Origin: Heterodontus francisci
Taxonomy: Eukaryota
Reading direction: 5' to 3'
DNA: 64,000 bases
Assembly: GCF_036365525.1 (NCBI RefSeq)
Contig: NC_090395.1
Location: forward strand, 33,661,229 to 33,725,228
Shown here piece by piece: positions 13,525 to 25,145 of this stretch. Under the pieces are notes generated by a model. The model was not told the origin of the DNA. It ran no database searches and saw only the letters and a list, made by a program, of their open reading frames with translations. Each line of letters opens with the position of its first letter. Position 1 is the stretch's first letter. Both the position numbers and the translations under genes were made by a program.

Positions 13525-15480
13525 AGACCAGAATTAGAGAAGCTCAAATATTTTGGAGTTTTGAAGGGTTGGAGGAGATTACAGAGATGCGGAGGGGTGA
13601 GGCCATGGAGGGATTTGAAAACAAGAATGAAGATTTTAAAATCGAGGCATCGCTAAACCGGAAGCTAATGTCGACCAGCAAGCTCAGATGATGGGTGAAT
13701 GGATTTTGAGCAAGTTAGGACGCGGGCAACAGAATCTTGGATGATCTCAAATTTATGGAGATCTCAAATTTACCCAGCCAGGGCTGGGTTGGAATATCAA
13801 GTTTAAAGATAACAAAGGCATGGATGGGGATTTCAGCAGCTGATGAGCTGAGGCTGGAGCAGAGTCAGGTGATGTTACAGAGGTGGATATAGACAGTCTT
13901 AGTAATTAATGTCTGATTGGTAGCTTAGCTGGGGGTCAAATATGGCATGACATTTGCGAACAGTCTGGTTTAGCCTCAGACAATTTCCAGGGAGAGGGAT
14001 GAACATGGTGACTTGGAAATGGAGTTTGAGGTGATGACTAGACAATCACTTCGTCTTCCCAATATTTAGTTGTCGGAAATTTCTATTCATCCAGTTCTCG
14101 CTGTCAATTTAGAGACAGTGAATGGGTTGAGAGAGGTGATGATGAGTTAGAGCGACGTGTCATCAGCATATATGTGGAAACTGACACTGTTTTTGAATGA
14201 TGTTAGCAAGGGGCAGTATGTAGATGTGAAATAGGAAGGGGCCAAGGATAGATTCTTGGGGGACACCAAAGGTAACAGTGCAGGAGCAGGAAGAGAAGCC
14301 ATTGCAGGTGATTTTCTGAGTACATTTAAATACGAATTACACCAACAAGTGGAGTCCTACCCAGCTGGATGACGATGGAGAGGCATTGGTTGTGGTCAAC
14401 TATGTCAAAGGCTGTAGACAAATCAAGAAGGATGAGGAGGGATAGTTTACCCTTATTACAGTAACATAGGATGTTATTTGTGACTTTGGTAAGAGCTGTT
14501 TTGGTACTGTGGCAGGAGCGGAGACCTGATTGGAGGGATTCAAACATGGAGTTCGGAGAAAGATGGGCGCAGATTTGGGGAAGCAACAGCATGTTAATGA
14601 CTTTGGAGATAAAAGGGATGTTGGAGATGGGACAGTAGTTTTCAAAGACAAAGCAGCCAAGAGTTTTTTTTTGAGGAAAAGTGTGATGACAGCAGATTAG
14701 GACAGGCGTCAGTATCTGAGGTGAGCAAACTGTTAACAGTATTGGCCAACATGGGAGCCAAGAAAGAAATTTTGGGTGGTTAGCAGTTTAGTGGGATTAC
14801 GGTAGAGGGAGCAGGAAGTGGGTCTCATGAAAAAGGTAAGCTCAGCGAGGGCATGAGAGGAGATAGGAGAGAAACCGGACAAAAATGTGAGTTCAGGGTT
14901 GGGCAGGGATTAACCTTGGAGGAAGTTTGGAGGGTGGGCTAGGGAAGTGGCAGAAGGAGCTGTGAGGATAGTCTCAATCTTAGTGACAAAAAAAATCATG
15001 AGATCCTCGCACTTGTTGGAGGAGAGGAGTTTTAGAAGACAGCTTGCAGTAGAGAAAAGACGACATGTCAGGGAGGGTGGGGTCTTATCTTTGTGTTCCA
15101 GGATGATTCTGGAATAGTGAGTAGTTTTGGCAAATGAGAACAAGAACTGATAGTGCTTTATGTGATCCAGCCAGATCTGATGGGGAATGTCTGTCATATC
15201 TGTTCAAGTCTGTGTCCCTTGGAGATGAGGGCTGTACTTGGGGTAACAGCCAGAGTGAGAGAGAGTGGTGGTTTTAATGGGGACTAGGGCATCAAAGATC
15301 AACACCAGGTCGAGTTGCCTCTCGTATGCTTCTTCACGCCCTAGGTCAAAAAGTAGTCTATTATCGTGTCTGGAAAGCAACTTGCTTTGCTCCTGCTCCC
15401 AGTTATTTCTCAATAGATTAAAATATCTGATGACAATTATGTGTGTGCTCAAATAAACCTCCCTTATCTGTTTGCACAGT
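13525..15480 (-). mobile_element. L2 LINE ORF2 remnant
   Basis: ORF 14326-14592 FESLQSGLRSCHSTKTALTKVTNNIL...LILLDLSTAFDIVDH is typical L2 reverse transcriptase (RT); heavily frameshifted. Confidence 0.85.
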
Positions 15481-16149
15481 TCAGCAGATGTTGCCTCAAT
15501 CTAATCTGGTGATCTGTAACATATCCCAACAACTAGATACTAACACATTTTGATCTAATTTTGAACTTATCCAACAATGAGGCAATAAAATCAAGAACAG
15601 CCTGTTTCAAATCCCCAAGTCCATATCAATAAATAGCAAATATAAATGCAAATTAGACTCTTTTGTCATATTCTTGGATATCCTTGATATATGTAGTCAT
15701 AGAGTCATAGAGTTATACAGCACAGAAACAGGCCCTTCGGCCCATCGTGTAGTCATTGCTTTAAGATGACAACGATCCAGGTGTGGATAGTACAACCTGA
15801 GGTGAATTACATATTCAAACATGTAAGATTATCTCAGTCAAGCAAAAGCAATTACCATTGATTTAAATATATTGGAACACCGTTGGTTTCTGAGACCATG
15901 CCTGTGATAAAGAGAAAGTCCACTAACCCATTGCTGGGATCAACTATTTTTAGTGACATTGCTGATTATTTTTCAAGGTCCCACATAATGCATGTTTCTG
16001 TAATATCTTAACAAACATCTTTCCTTTGACTGTTGTTTCCTGTAACTTTTGCATGTGCTGGCTTCCATGTATTTTTTTTGCCAGCTGTACAACTGTGCAG
16101 CAAGAAACAGACAACTGATTCTCTTCACACGAAGACAATTTTCTTTACA

Positions 16150-16340
16150 AATCACTGGATAGTGATATCGACCGTGAACCTTGGTGATTTCCCTCTGCCC
16201 CATCCCTCTTGCTAGCACAGGAGTGTGGATACCAATTCTAGCACCTTTGCTGCTTACCCAGCAGAGATCAGCTAAAGTCAACACAAACCACACAACGAAC
16301 CTCAGACCTTGACGCACTACTCAGCTGCACATTGGACAGC
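16150..16340 (-). mobile_element. Old SINE-like repeat (related copies at about 36330-36590, 44820-45070, 45880-45990)
   Basis: Shared decayed motifs such as CACTATCCAG(T/A)GA and AATTGG(C/T)(C/A)TC between copies. Confidence 0.45.
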
Positions 16341-17464
16341 GCTTTGCAATGCTTCAGAAGACAGCCCCTCGCTAAATGAAAGTCCATGTCAGCCATAGCG
16401 ACATACTGAGAGGGAGTGACCTTTTCACTAATGAGGAAGTCTTAAACCATATATATCGTAACAAATGTATTGGTCTATTAGAGTGTTAGTTATGGCTGTT
16501 GTACGTGCTGTTTATTAATGTCATGGCTCTTTATTAGCACGAATTCCATTCTAATTGTTAAATAAGACAAAGTGTGAGTATAAAGGGGAATAAATTGCAA
16601 GTCTTGCTATTGAAAAAGAAAACATCAGCAAAAAGATAGTGACTGAAGAGATTTTTTTGTGAAAGGTTTGAAATTCTTGAGTTTGTGTAAGTTTTAGGAT
16701 TTCAGTTCTGTCCTAACAGGAATCTTATTGTCAGGACCTTTTTCTCAATTTCAGATGTAACACCCCCTAATGCTTATAGTGTATTATTCCTGGAGAAGAG
16801 GCATTTAAAGGCACTTTCATCTGTGCCTTATGAGGACAAATAGCTTCATCAGATGATGAAAGAATTGAGCAGCACAAAGGTATGCAGTCGATATTTTATT
16901 GTAAAACAAGTGTCAGTGATGACTGATATATTTTGAATATTAAGTATAATCCTATAATGGCAACTGTGATATTTGCTACATAACATAGGCATTCTATATG
17001 TCAAACAACATTTTATTACCATAATCTAAACCTATATGAACACAATTTTTACAGACTTAAGGTAGACCTATATTTGAAATAATATTGCATTATTAGGCAG
17101 AATTGAAATCCTTTCCTAAGATACAGGGACTACTTGCTAAGAACTGAAGTTGGAGACAAACAGAAAATGATAATGCAACAAACTTAAGATACATGGTAAG
17201 AGAAGTTGCAGAAAATCTTTCAGTTCATTCCAAGTGAAATAGAATAAATGAGTTTAGCTTCTTCCCAGATGTCCCACTGCATCGCGTAGAGCTATTGAAG
17301 TGATTGGCATACAGCACCCCATGCTCTATAATAAAGAAAAGTATACAATTACTGTTTATACATCACAGTGAGTGCAGAGCATTGGGAAGGTGTTAACTTT
17401 TGCTAGCTGATTTTTGGTTTATTAGAAACAAATGTGTTTTCTTTAGACTCAAAGTTCAGTAGTT

Positions 17465-17833
17465 GGGTACAGTAGTACAGTGGTTGAGTTACTGGACTAG
17501 TAATCAAAGGCTTAGACTGGTGATCTGACGTCATGAGTTCAAATCCCACCATGGTAGTTAGGGAATTAAAATCCAGTTAATGTGGAATAAAAAGCTAGTC
17601 TCAACAATGGTGACTATAAAACCACCAGATTATCATAAAACTCTAACTGGTTCACTAATGCCCTTTCGGGAAGGAAATCTGCTGGCCTTGGATGGTCTGG
17701 CTTATGTGTTGACTCCAGATCCACAGTGATATGGTTGATTCTTAAGTGCCCTCCAAAATAACCTAGCAAACTGCTCAGTTTTGTCACTATCACCTTCTCA
17801 AGGGCAGTTATTGATGGGTAATGAATGCTGGTC
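17465..17833 (+). mobile_element. tRNA-headed SINE made of the 5' leader and 3' tail of the Zenon-like LINE
   Basis: B box GAGTTCAAATC; body CTGGTTCACTAATG...GGAAGGAAATCTGC as at 51300-51420; tail CACCTTCTCAAGGGCA...AATGCTGG as at 48440-48490. Confidence 0.85.
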
Positions 17834-18014
17834 TTATATTAGGTACTATAATAGTCAATTAAGTATTCCTTTGTTCATCTAGTTTAAAAGGCATATGAAT
17901 ATACTCAATTTGAACTGTCCAGTTACCTACAGAATCGACTCAATCCCAACAAATTTTATTTGTAGGGATTTTTTTTCACTGCAGTTCAATATAGGATATT
18001 ATAAAAAATAAATA

Positions 18015-18415
18015 GAAAAAGCTTGAATTTATAAAATACCTGTCAGGATATCCCAAAGTGCTTTACAACCAATGAAGTACTTTTGAAATATAGTCAATGT
18101 TGTAATGTAGAATAACGCAGCAGGCAATTGTGCACAGTAAGGTCCCACAAACAGCAACGCAATAATTTGTTTTAGTGCTTATTGGTTGAGGGATAAATAT
18201 TAGCCAGGACACTGGGAGAACTGCTTCTCTTCTATGAAAAGTGTCATGAGTTATTTTACATCTCACCTGAAAGTCAACATTTTTGACAATGCAGCAACTC
18301 TGAGTACTGCGCTGTTGGATCAGCTGAGATTGTGTGCTGAAGTCTGTAGAGTGGGGTTTGAACATATGGCCTCTTAATTCAAAGAGCAAGAGTGCTATTA
18401 CTGAGCTAAGGCTGC
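18015..18415 (-). mobile_element. Deu-domain SINE (SacSINE1/AmnSINE1-like)
   Basis: Minus strand TTGCTGTTTGTGGGACCTTACTGTGCAC...AAGTACTTCATTGGTTGTAAAGCACTTTGGG, with a tRNA-like head and L2-like tail. Confidence 0.8.
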
Positions 18416-19484
18416 CACAAAGGATTATCAGGGTGGATTGCAGGGTGAATGGATCCAGTACTGGTTTGCAGCTTCGTTTATTTCAGGCTGCACCTATCAT
18501 AGGCACTCTAGCTTCAAGTTGATGCAGACCTGCATACACATTTGTAAAGCATTCCAAACCAGATACCTACATGTAGATGAAAAGATCACTATTAATGCTG
18601 ACTGCAACTAGCTATTAGTGCTGACTGCAACTAGTTCGTTGCTGCCACATAATTAGAAAGGTTTCCATCCTCATTGTACTCCTGATTGGATTACCCTGGT
18701 CTTTGGTGTACCTTCCCCTCGACTGGTTGATCTATAAATATTGGGACAGCTGAAATTGTACAAAGAAATATGAGACCCTCACATGTCATAAAACAATGCA
18801 ACAAAGAGTAAGGCAGTACGGGATATGGCAATGAGGTCTAAAGCTGTTACTCAGCTCCACTGCTTTAGCCTGGGTATTTCCCAATACTATCAAAATCTTT
18901 TAAATGGATATTTCTATTAAGTGCCTAGGACTTAAATATAATTTGCACCAATTAAATTAATTTCTGTTATCTGAACAAGTTTAGGATTTAAGTTCCCTGT
19001 AATATTTTGTTTGGGTTACTGGAACATTACGGAAATATGGTAATAAAAAGCTGGTGAATCGCAAGAATATTTGAATTGTGGCCAGTCTCAAAGGACAGTT
19101 CTATCTATGGTTTACCAGCTAACTTCATAGATTTTCAGTCACAGTCCTTCATTCAAAGATGTGTACTTATCTAGATTTAATATGTATGTCACCTTTGGCA
19201 ACACCTTTGGGAATGATCGCCTTTGGTGACGTCGTAAAATGTTGCAAAAATATTTCAACCAGTTGGTATTTCCAGCAGAAACTGTAAATGCATTAAAAAA
19301 ATAGCCGAAGAAATAATCCTCACTTGAACACAATGACTGCTGATACACTGCAGACTCCAGCTCCTGGAATCTCGAGCTTTCTCACCTATCACTGAGCACG
19401 TGCCACCCAATGAGATTATTTGTGACTTTGAGTGATAGTGTAAAATGGTAATATCGATTCAGCCATCTATTGTATATCTATTTC

Positions 19485-19590
19485 AAACAAAAACAAGAAA
19501 TGCTGGATTCACTCAGCAGGTCTGGCAGCATCTGTGGAAAGAGAAGCAGAGTTAACGTTTCGGGTCAGTGACCCTTCTTCGGAACCCGAA
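19485..19590 (-). mobile_element. Penelope-like pseudo-LTR fragment with hammerhead motif
   Basis: Elasmobranch-type repeat (TGCTGG..CACTCAGCAGGTCTGGCAGCATCTGTGG); hammerhead core at 19551-19585; decayed relatives near 23145-23245 and 45740-45795. Confidence 0.7.
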
Positions 19591-20011
19591 GATCTACGGA
19601 ACCCGTATATCTATTTCTGTTGATTTCACTGGAGATGAAAATAGGGGGAGCTGTATGATGATTTTATTAACCTTGAAAGCAAAACCTTTTCGGTGCTAAT
19701 TCATATTCTTGATTCTCTGACGAATAATAGGTACTCCAACTTGGGCCAATCAGACATAGGAAAGGTTTTAACCACTTGCAATGTTTCACAGACAAATGCA
19801 TTAGATCTGAAATGGCCGAACCATCAACAGGGGTTTGCTGTAGGAGTTGTTAAAAATGTATATTGTTCAATGGATTAACAAGTGTGGGCGAAGAACTGGG
19901 GTATGAACACTGACCATTCGTACAAAGTACAAGCATCCCTTACACTGGACCTTTGAACTCAGTTAAAAGGAAATCCTTTATTAAAGTCTTCTTGGTCGGG
20001 AATATATATAC

Positions 20012-20580
20012 TTGAGTGTTGCTGAAAATAGACACATTTTGTCAAAGCTTTTCGTCTTGCACTCATCAGGACAATTCGCAAGAATATCAATGTAAGGAAA
20101 AGCAACAAATTTATAGTGTATGAGAAGAATGTGCTGATTGGTTGGCAAGTGGACTCTGATTGGTAGAGGCATTGCCATGGAGCATGCACCAGTGTATGGT
20201 GACTGACAGTTAACTGCCAAGCTTTGTTTGAAATTTCAACCAGGCAGCTTAACTCCGATTGGTCAAGGCATTTTCCTAAGGAATGAACCAGAGAATGGCT
20301 GTCACTTATTTTGTTTAGCTGAAACAGGCACAATGTGTATACATGTTCTTTCTGTCTGCAAAGAACAGGGCCCTGTGTATTAATATATGTAGCTTCCAGT
20401 ATGTGCAAATGCGCCACACTGCGAGCCCTATTGATAATCTTAAATCAGCATAATTCTTAGCACACTGAGGGTTATTTAGTAAACGTTGTTCAATCGCGGA
20501 ATCACGTCACATCCAAGGTTGAACACTGTGTTTTGAATTTTGCAAGCACTACTGACTTTTTACAAATCTTACATTCAGTT
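20012..20580 (-). mobile_element. Penelope-like element 3' end (GIY-YIG C terminus plus pseudo-LTR)
   Basis: LHILEATYINTQGPVLCRQ resembles the Penelope GIY-YIG end (L..LEA..I....P.L); hammerhead motif downstream. Confidence 0.75.
20039..20074 (-). ncRNA. Minimal type I hammerhead ribozyme motif
   Basis: Minus strand TTGTC-CTGATGA-GT(GCAAG)AC-GAAA-AGCT-TT-GACAA: both core boxes, 5-bp stem I, palindromic stem III. Confidence 0.75.
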
Positions 20581-20829
20581 CAGTTTATTTTCTGGAATTA
20601 ACATTTAGACTCTGTGGCCTGATACAGGAATTATACTACACATGTACAATATTATATTGTCATAAGTCAATAAAAGGTGGTCTCACCCACAAATTCCATA
20701 GCCACTATAGAAAATGTATTTTCTAAAAAAGGACATTTTCTGTATATTATGAATCTATAAATTTTTTCAATGTTTGTATCATCAATGTATTTCAGTCTCT
20801 TATTGCTTTCATTCAGTTAACCTGAATAG

Positions 20830-21185
20830 TACATAGAACATAGAACAATACAGCACAGTACAGGCCCTTCGGCCCACGATGTTGTGCCGACCCTTTAACC
20901 TACTCTAAGATCAAACTACCTACATACCCTTCATTCTACTATCATCCATGTACCTATCCAAGAGTCGCTTAAATGCCCCTAATGTATCTGCTTCTACTAC
21001 CACCGCTGGCAGTGCATTCCACGCACCCACCACTCTCTGTGTAAAGAATCTACCTCTGACATCTCCCCTAAACCTTCCTCCAATCACCTTAAAATTATGC
21101 CCCCTGGTGACCGCCCTTTCAGCCCTGGGAAAAAGTCTCTGGCTATCCACTCTATCTATGCCTCTCATCATCTTGTACACTTGTA
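20830..21185 (-). mobile_element. CR1 3' fragment
   Basis: VYKMMRGIDRVDSQRLFP..TRGH..FFTQRVVGAWNALP plus GGCCCTTCGGCC and (CATAGAA)n tail. Confidence 0.9.
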
Positions 21186-21773
21186 CCATGTGATCTTTTT
21201 CAATAAATAAATCTGACTAATAATTTTAGCCTGAATGGAATGGTTTAACAGCATGGTATTGGGAGGAGGCACGATAAGGTGGTGAACAATGCACAAGGTC
21301 TCCAGTCCATTAAAATCTAATTAAGGGATAATAATCCTGTGGCAAGCTATCCTACTCACACATGCATAAGGGTGCAAGTTTAGATTCACAGAAGACTTGG
21401 TCTGCTTGTGGAAACGGTACCTTTTTCTGTGCACACAGGTAAATAAAGTTTTGGGAAAAGCTCAAACTGTATCAGAAGCATTAATTTGTTTATTTTAAAT
21501 AACTTAATGCCTCTTAAAATGATAATTAAAGAAATTTCACACTATGCATTTGTCATTTGTCTGCTCATCTTTGAAGAGTCAAGGCATCAAATTTTATGAA
21601 AATGTGTTGTCCAATGTCATTCACTGTTGGATTTAATTGGATTCATTGTACTAACGCCAAACATTTCATTATTAACTTATGTTTCTTTTTGTGCTTTCTA
21701 CAGTAACCATGAAGAATTGTGGCATTTATGTCAGTGGATTAATTAGACCATTATAAAGAAGCATAACACCCAT

Positions 21774-22615
21774 GGACTGAATTTTATCAGCGCGCTGTGC
21801 TCCGCGGTGGCACTCTGTGAAAGTGGCAGCCTTCTGACATGGAAGTGTCGCTGCACAGCCCCCACGATATTACGCGCAGGTGCTGATTTAAATGAAGGGG
21901 GCGGAGTGGCCACCCCCAATGATGCAGAGGGAACGACCGCCACATCCCCGGCAACGGCGTCTGGTGCCATCGCACAGACACTGGTGCCAGTTTTTTTTAA
22001 GGGCTCCAAACCCTTCAGGTAAATTTAAATATTTAAAGCGGTGTAGGAACATTTTTATTTCAAATAAAAAATTAAAACATGCAGGCCCTTTCCCAACCCC
22101 CACAATGGTATGTTTACTGTCTGTTGTGTTTGTAATGTATTTTACTCTCAGCACGATCTTCCCCCCCAACCAACCTCTCCACTTTTGCCCTTTAACCCCT
22201 TCCCACAATCCCCACAACCAGGAGGTATACGTTTCCCCGCTACCCCACCCCTCCCACCCTGATAATTTTATTCCTCACCCCTCCCCACCAGTTTCTCGCC
22301 TCGGAACTCCATACAGAGTTCCGAAGGTGCGCAGGTTGCGATCAGCGGTCATAAAATTGGCGTGGGACGGCCGCCGCCAGCAGGTAAGGTCATTTGAATC
22401 TTATTAATGTTGATTTAAGTATTTAGATGAAGGCCCTGCACCAAGCGGCGGGGGAGGGGGGGGGGGCGTGGGGGCCACACCGAGGTCCCCCCGCCACTAG
22501 TACTATGCGGCGGGCCCTTCTCGACGTCGGGAGTTGAAGCGGGCCTCTCCCAGCAGAATTTTACAGGCCCCCCTGCCGCGACCCACGGCGTTGAGGGGCT
22601 GGTAAAATTCAGCCC
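21774..22615. mobile_element. Non-autonomous DNA transposon, PIF/Harbinger-like MITE
   Basis: Terminal inverted repeats (TIRs) GGACTGAATTTTA / TAAAATTCAGCCC, 3-bp TSD CAT on both sides, GC/CpG-rich interior. Confidence 0.8.
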
Positions 22616-23394
22616 CATGTGAGGGAATCCAAATTCCTTGCTGTCCACCAATCTGGAATCCTTGAAATGGTGACTAATACCAGGTTTTAGACTATTGCTG
22701 GCTCTCTTTGCCTATCACTAACTCCATGGGTCAAAACAGCACTGGCCTGTGTATGTTTTAGTTGTTAATTTCGACATCTGAAAAGATAGAATTGGCTTAG
22801 TAACTACTGGACCCTACAATACTGCTGTGATCTGCTAGAACGCTTTCCAGCCTCTTTCTCAATATTTCTTGCCAAGGTGACTCAAGAAATATATAAGAGC
22901 AGTTGCAAACTGTCAAAGTGACAATCGCCACATTGGTCTGATGTCAGCCATCTCACAGAATTGGAACTACAAACCTTTTAAGATTAAAACAAAATAGAAA
23001 CAGCTGCTGTTGCTGGAGACACTGATGTAATGAAAAGTATACTTGAAATGAACAGCTGCTGTATAGGTTCTGGTATGTTCAACCCCATCTAACTGTGATC
23101 AGTTGCAGGCCAGAACATTATGAATCAGACCTGCAAATTATCTTGGTGCTGACAAAGGACTACACTAAATGTTAAGCTCTATTTTTTTTTCCTTTACAGA
23201 TACTGATGGATCTGCTGTGTATTTCCAGCATTCTCTGCATTTGGTTGCATGAATACCAAGAGCTTTCCGAGATTTGCTCAAGGTTTGAAGAATGTCCTGA
23301 ATATGAAGCCTTCATCCACCCAGTGGTTCGTCTTTATCACTTGAACGCGTCACAGAAGATGAATTTCTGTTTTCTATCACGTCTCATCTTCTTC

Positions 23395-25145
23395 ATAGCT
23401 AGGAACATAGGAACAGGAGCAAGCCATTTACCTCCTCGAACCTGTTCTGCCATTCATGAGATCATGGCTAAACTGCGACCTAACTCCATATAGCCACCTT
23501 TGCCTCGCATCCCTTAATATCCTTGGCAAACAAAAATCTATCAATCTCAGTTTTAAAATTGCAATTGATCTAGCATCAACTGGCATTTACGGAAGAAGTT
23601 CCAAACACCCTTTATGTGTAGGAGTGTTTCGTAACTTCAGTCCTGAAATTCCTAACTCTAACCTTTAGGCAATGTCCCCTAGTCTTGGAATCCCCAAACT
23701 CTGGAAATAGTTTCTCTCCATCTACCCTACCTTTTCCTCTTGATATCTTGATCAAATTTCCCCTTGACCTTCTAAATTCCAGGAAATACAACCCTGTTTT
23801 TTGTAATATCCCCTGATAATTTACACCTTGGAGTCCAGGTATCCTGATAAATCCTAACTGCATTCCCTCCAAGGTCAATATCTCCTTCCTAAGGTGAGGT
23901 GTCCAGAACTGCTTGCTGTACTCCAGGGTGTTGTCTAACCAGGGCTTTGTATAGCTGTAGCATGACTTCTACCGTCTTGTATTCTAGACCTCTAGATATA
24001 AAAGCCAACATTTCATTAGCCATTTTGATTATTTTCTGTATCTGTCCATGACATTTTCACAATCTATATACATGGACACCAAGTCTCTTTGGACCTCTAC
24101 TGTTGCTAGCTTTTCACCATTTAGAAAGCACTCTGATCTATCCTTTTAAGGGCCAAAATGGATGACCTCACATTTATCTATATTGAAATCCATTTACCAG
24201 AGTTTTGTCATTCACTTAATCTATGAATATCTCCTTTGCTTCCATCTACACTGCTTACAATGCTGTTTTTCTTTGTTTCATTGGCAAACTTGGATATGTG
24301 GCTTTCTACACTATTATCTAAATCGTTAATAAATATGGTCAATAGTTGAGGCCTCAACATAGATCCTCGTGGGATGCCACTAGTCATATCCTGATAATTA
24401 GAGTACCTGCCCATTATCCCTACTTTCTGTCTCCTGACGCTCAGCCAATTTCCTAACCAGGTCAATAAGTTGCCTTCAATTCCATAAGCTTGAACTTTAG
24501 CTAACTGTCTATTATGTGATATTTTCAAATGCCTTCTGTCAGTCATACAGTCATAGTCATAGAGTCATAGAGTTATACAACACAGAAACAGGCTCTTCGG
24601 CCCATCATGTCCATACCTGCCATCTAGCACCTATCTATTCTAATCCCATTTTCCAGCACTTGGCCCATAGCCTTGTATGCTATGGCGTTTCAAGTGTTCA
24701 TCTAAATACTTCTTAAATGTTATGAGGGTTCTTGAATCTACCGCCCCTTCAGGCAGTGTGTTCCAGATTCCAATCAACCTCTGGGTGAAATTTTTTTTCC
24801 TCAAATCCCCTCTAAGCCTCCTGCCCCTTACCTTAAATCTATGCCCTCTGGTTATTGACACCTCCGCTAAGGGAAAAAGTTTCTTCCTATCTACCCTATC
24901 TGTGCCCCTCATCATTTTGTGTATATAATTATTGTATATATAATCAATATAAATAACATCCACTGGCATTTTCATTATTTTAGTCACCTCTTCAAAAAAT
25001 TCAATCAGGTTCATCAGGCATGCCCTCTCCTTTACAAATCCATGCCTGCTGTCTCTGATCAGCTGAAAATTCTCAAGGGGTGTTAAGTCATTTTATCCTT
25101 AATTATAGATTCTAGTAATTTCCTGACAACTGATGGTAAGCTGTT
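23395..25145 (-). mobile_element. Old CR1 RT/3' fragment with a younger CR1 3' end nested at about 24541-24925
   Basis: RT motifs in ORFs 24208-24546 and 24640-25014; second tail (GTCATAGA)n at 24541-24575. Confidence 0.85.

Noticed and set aside
18590-18635. 23-bp tandem duplication
   Set aside because: Two copies only; an ordinary slippage product.
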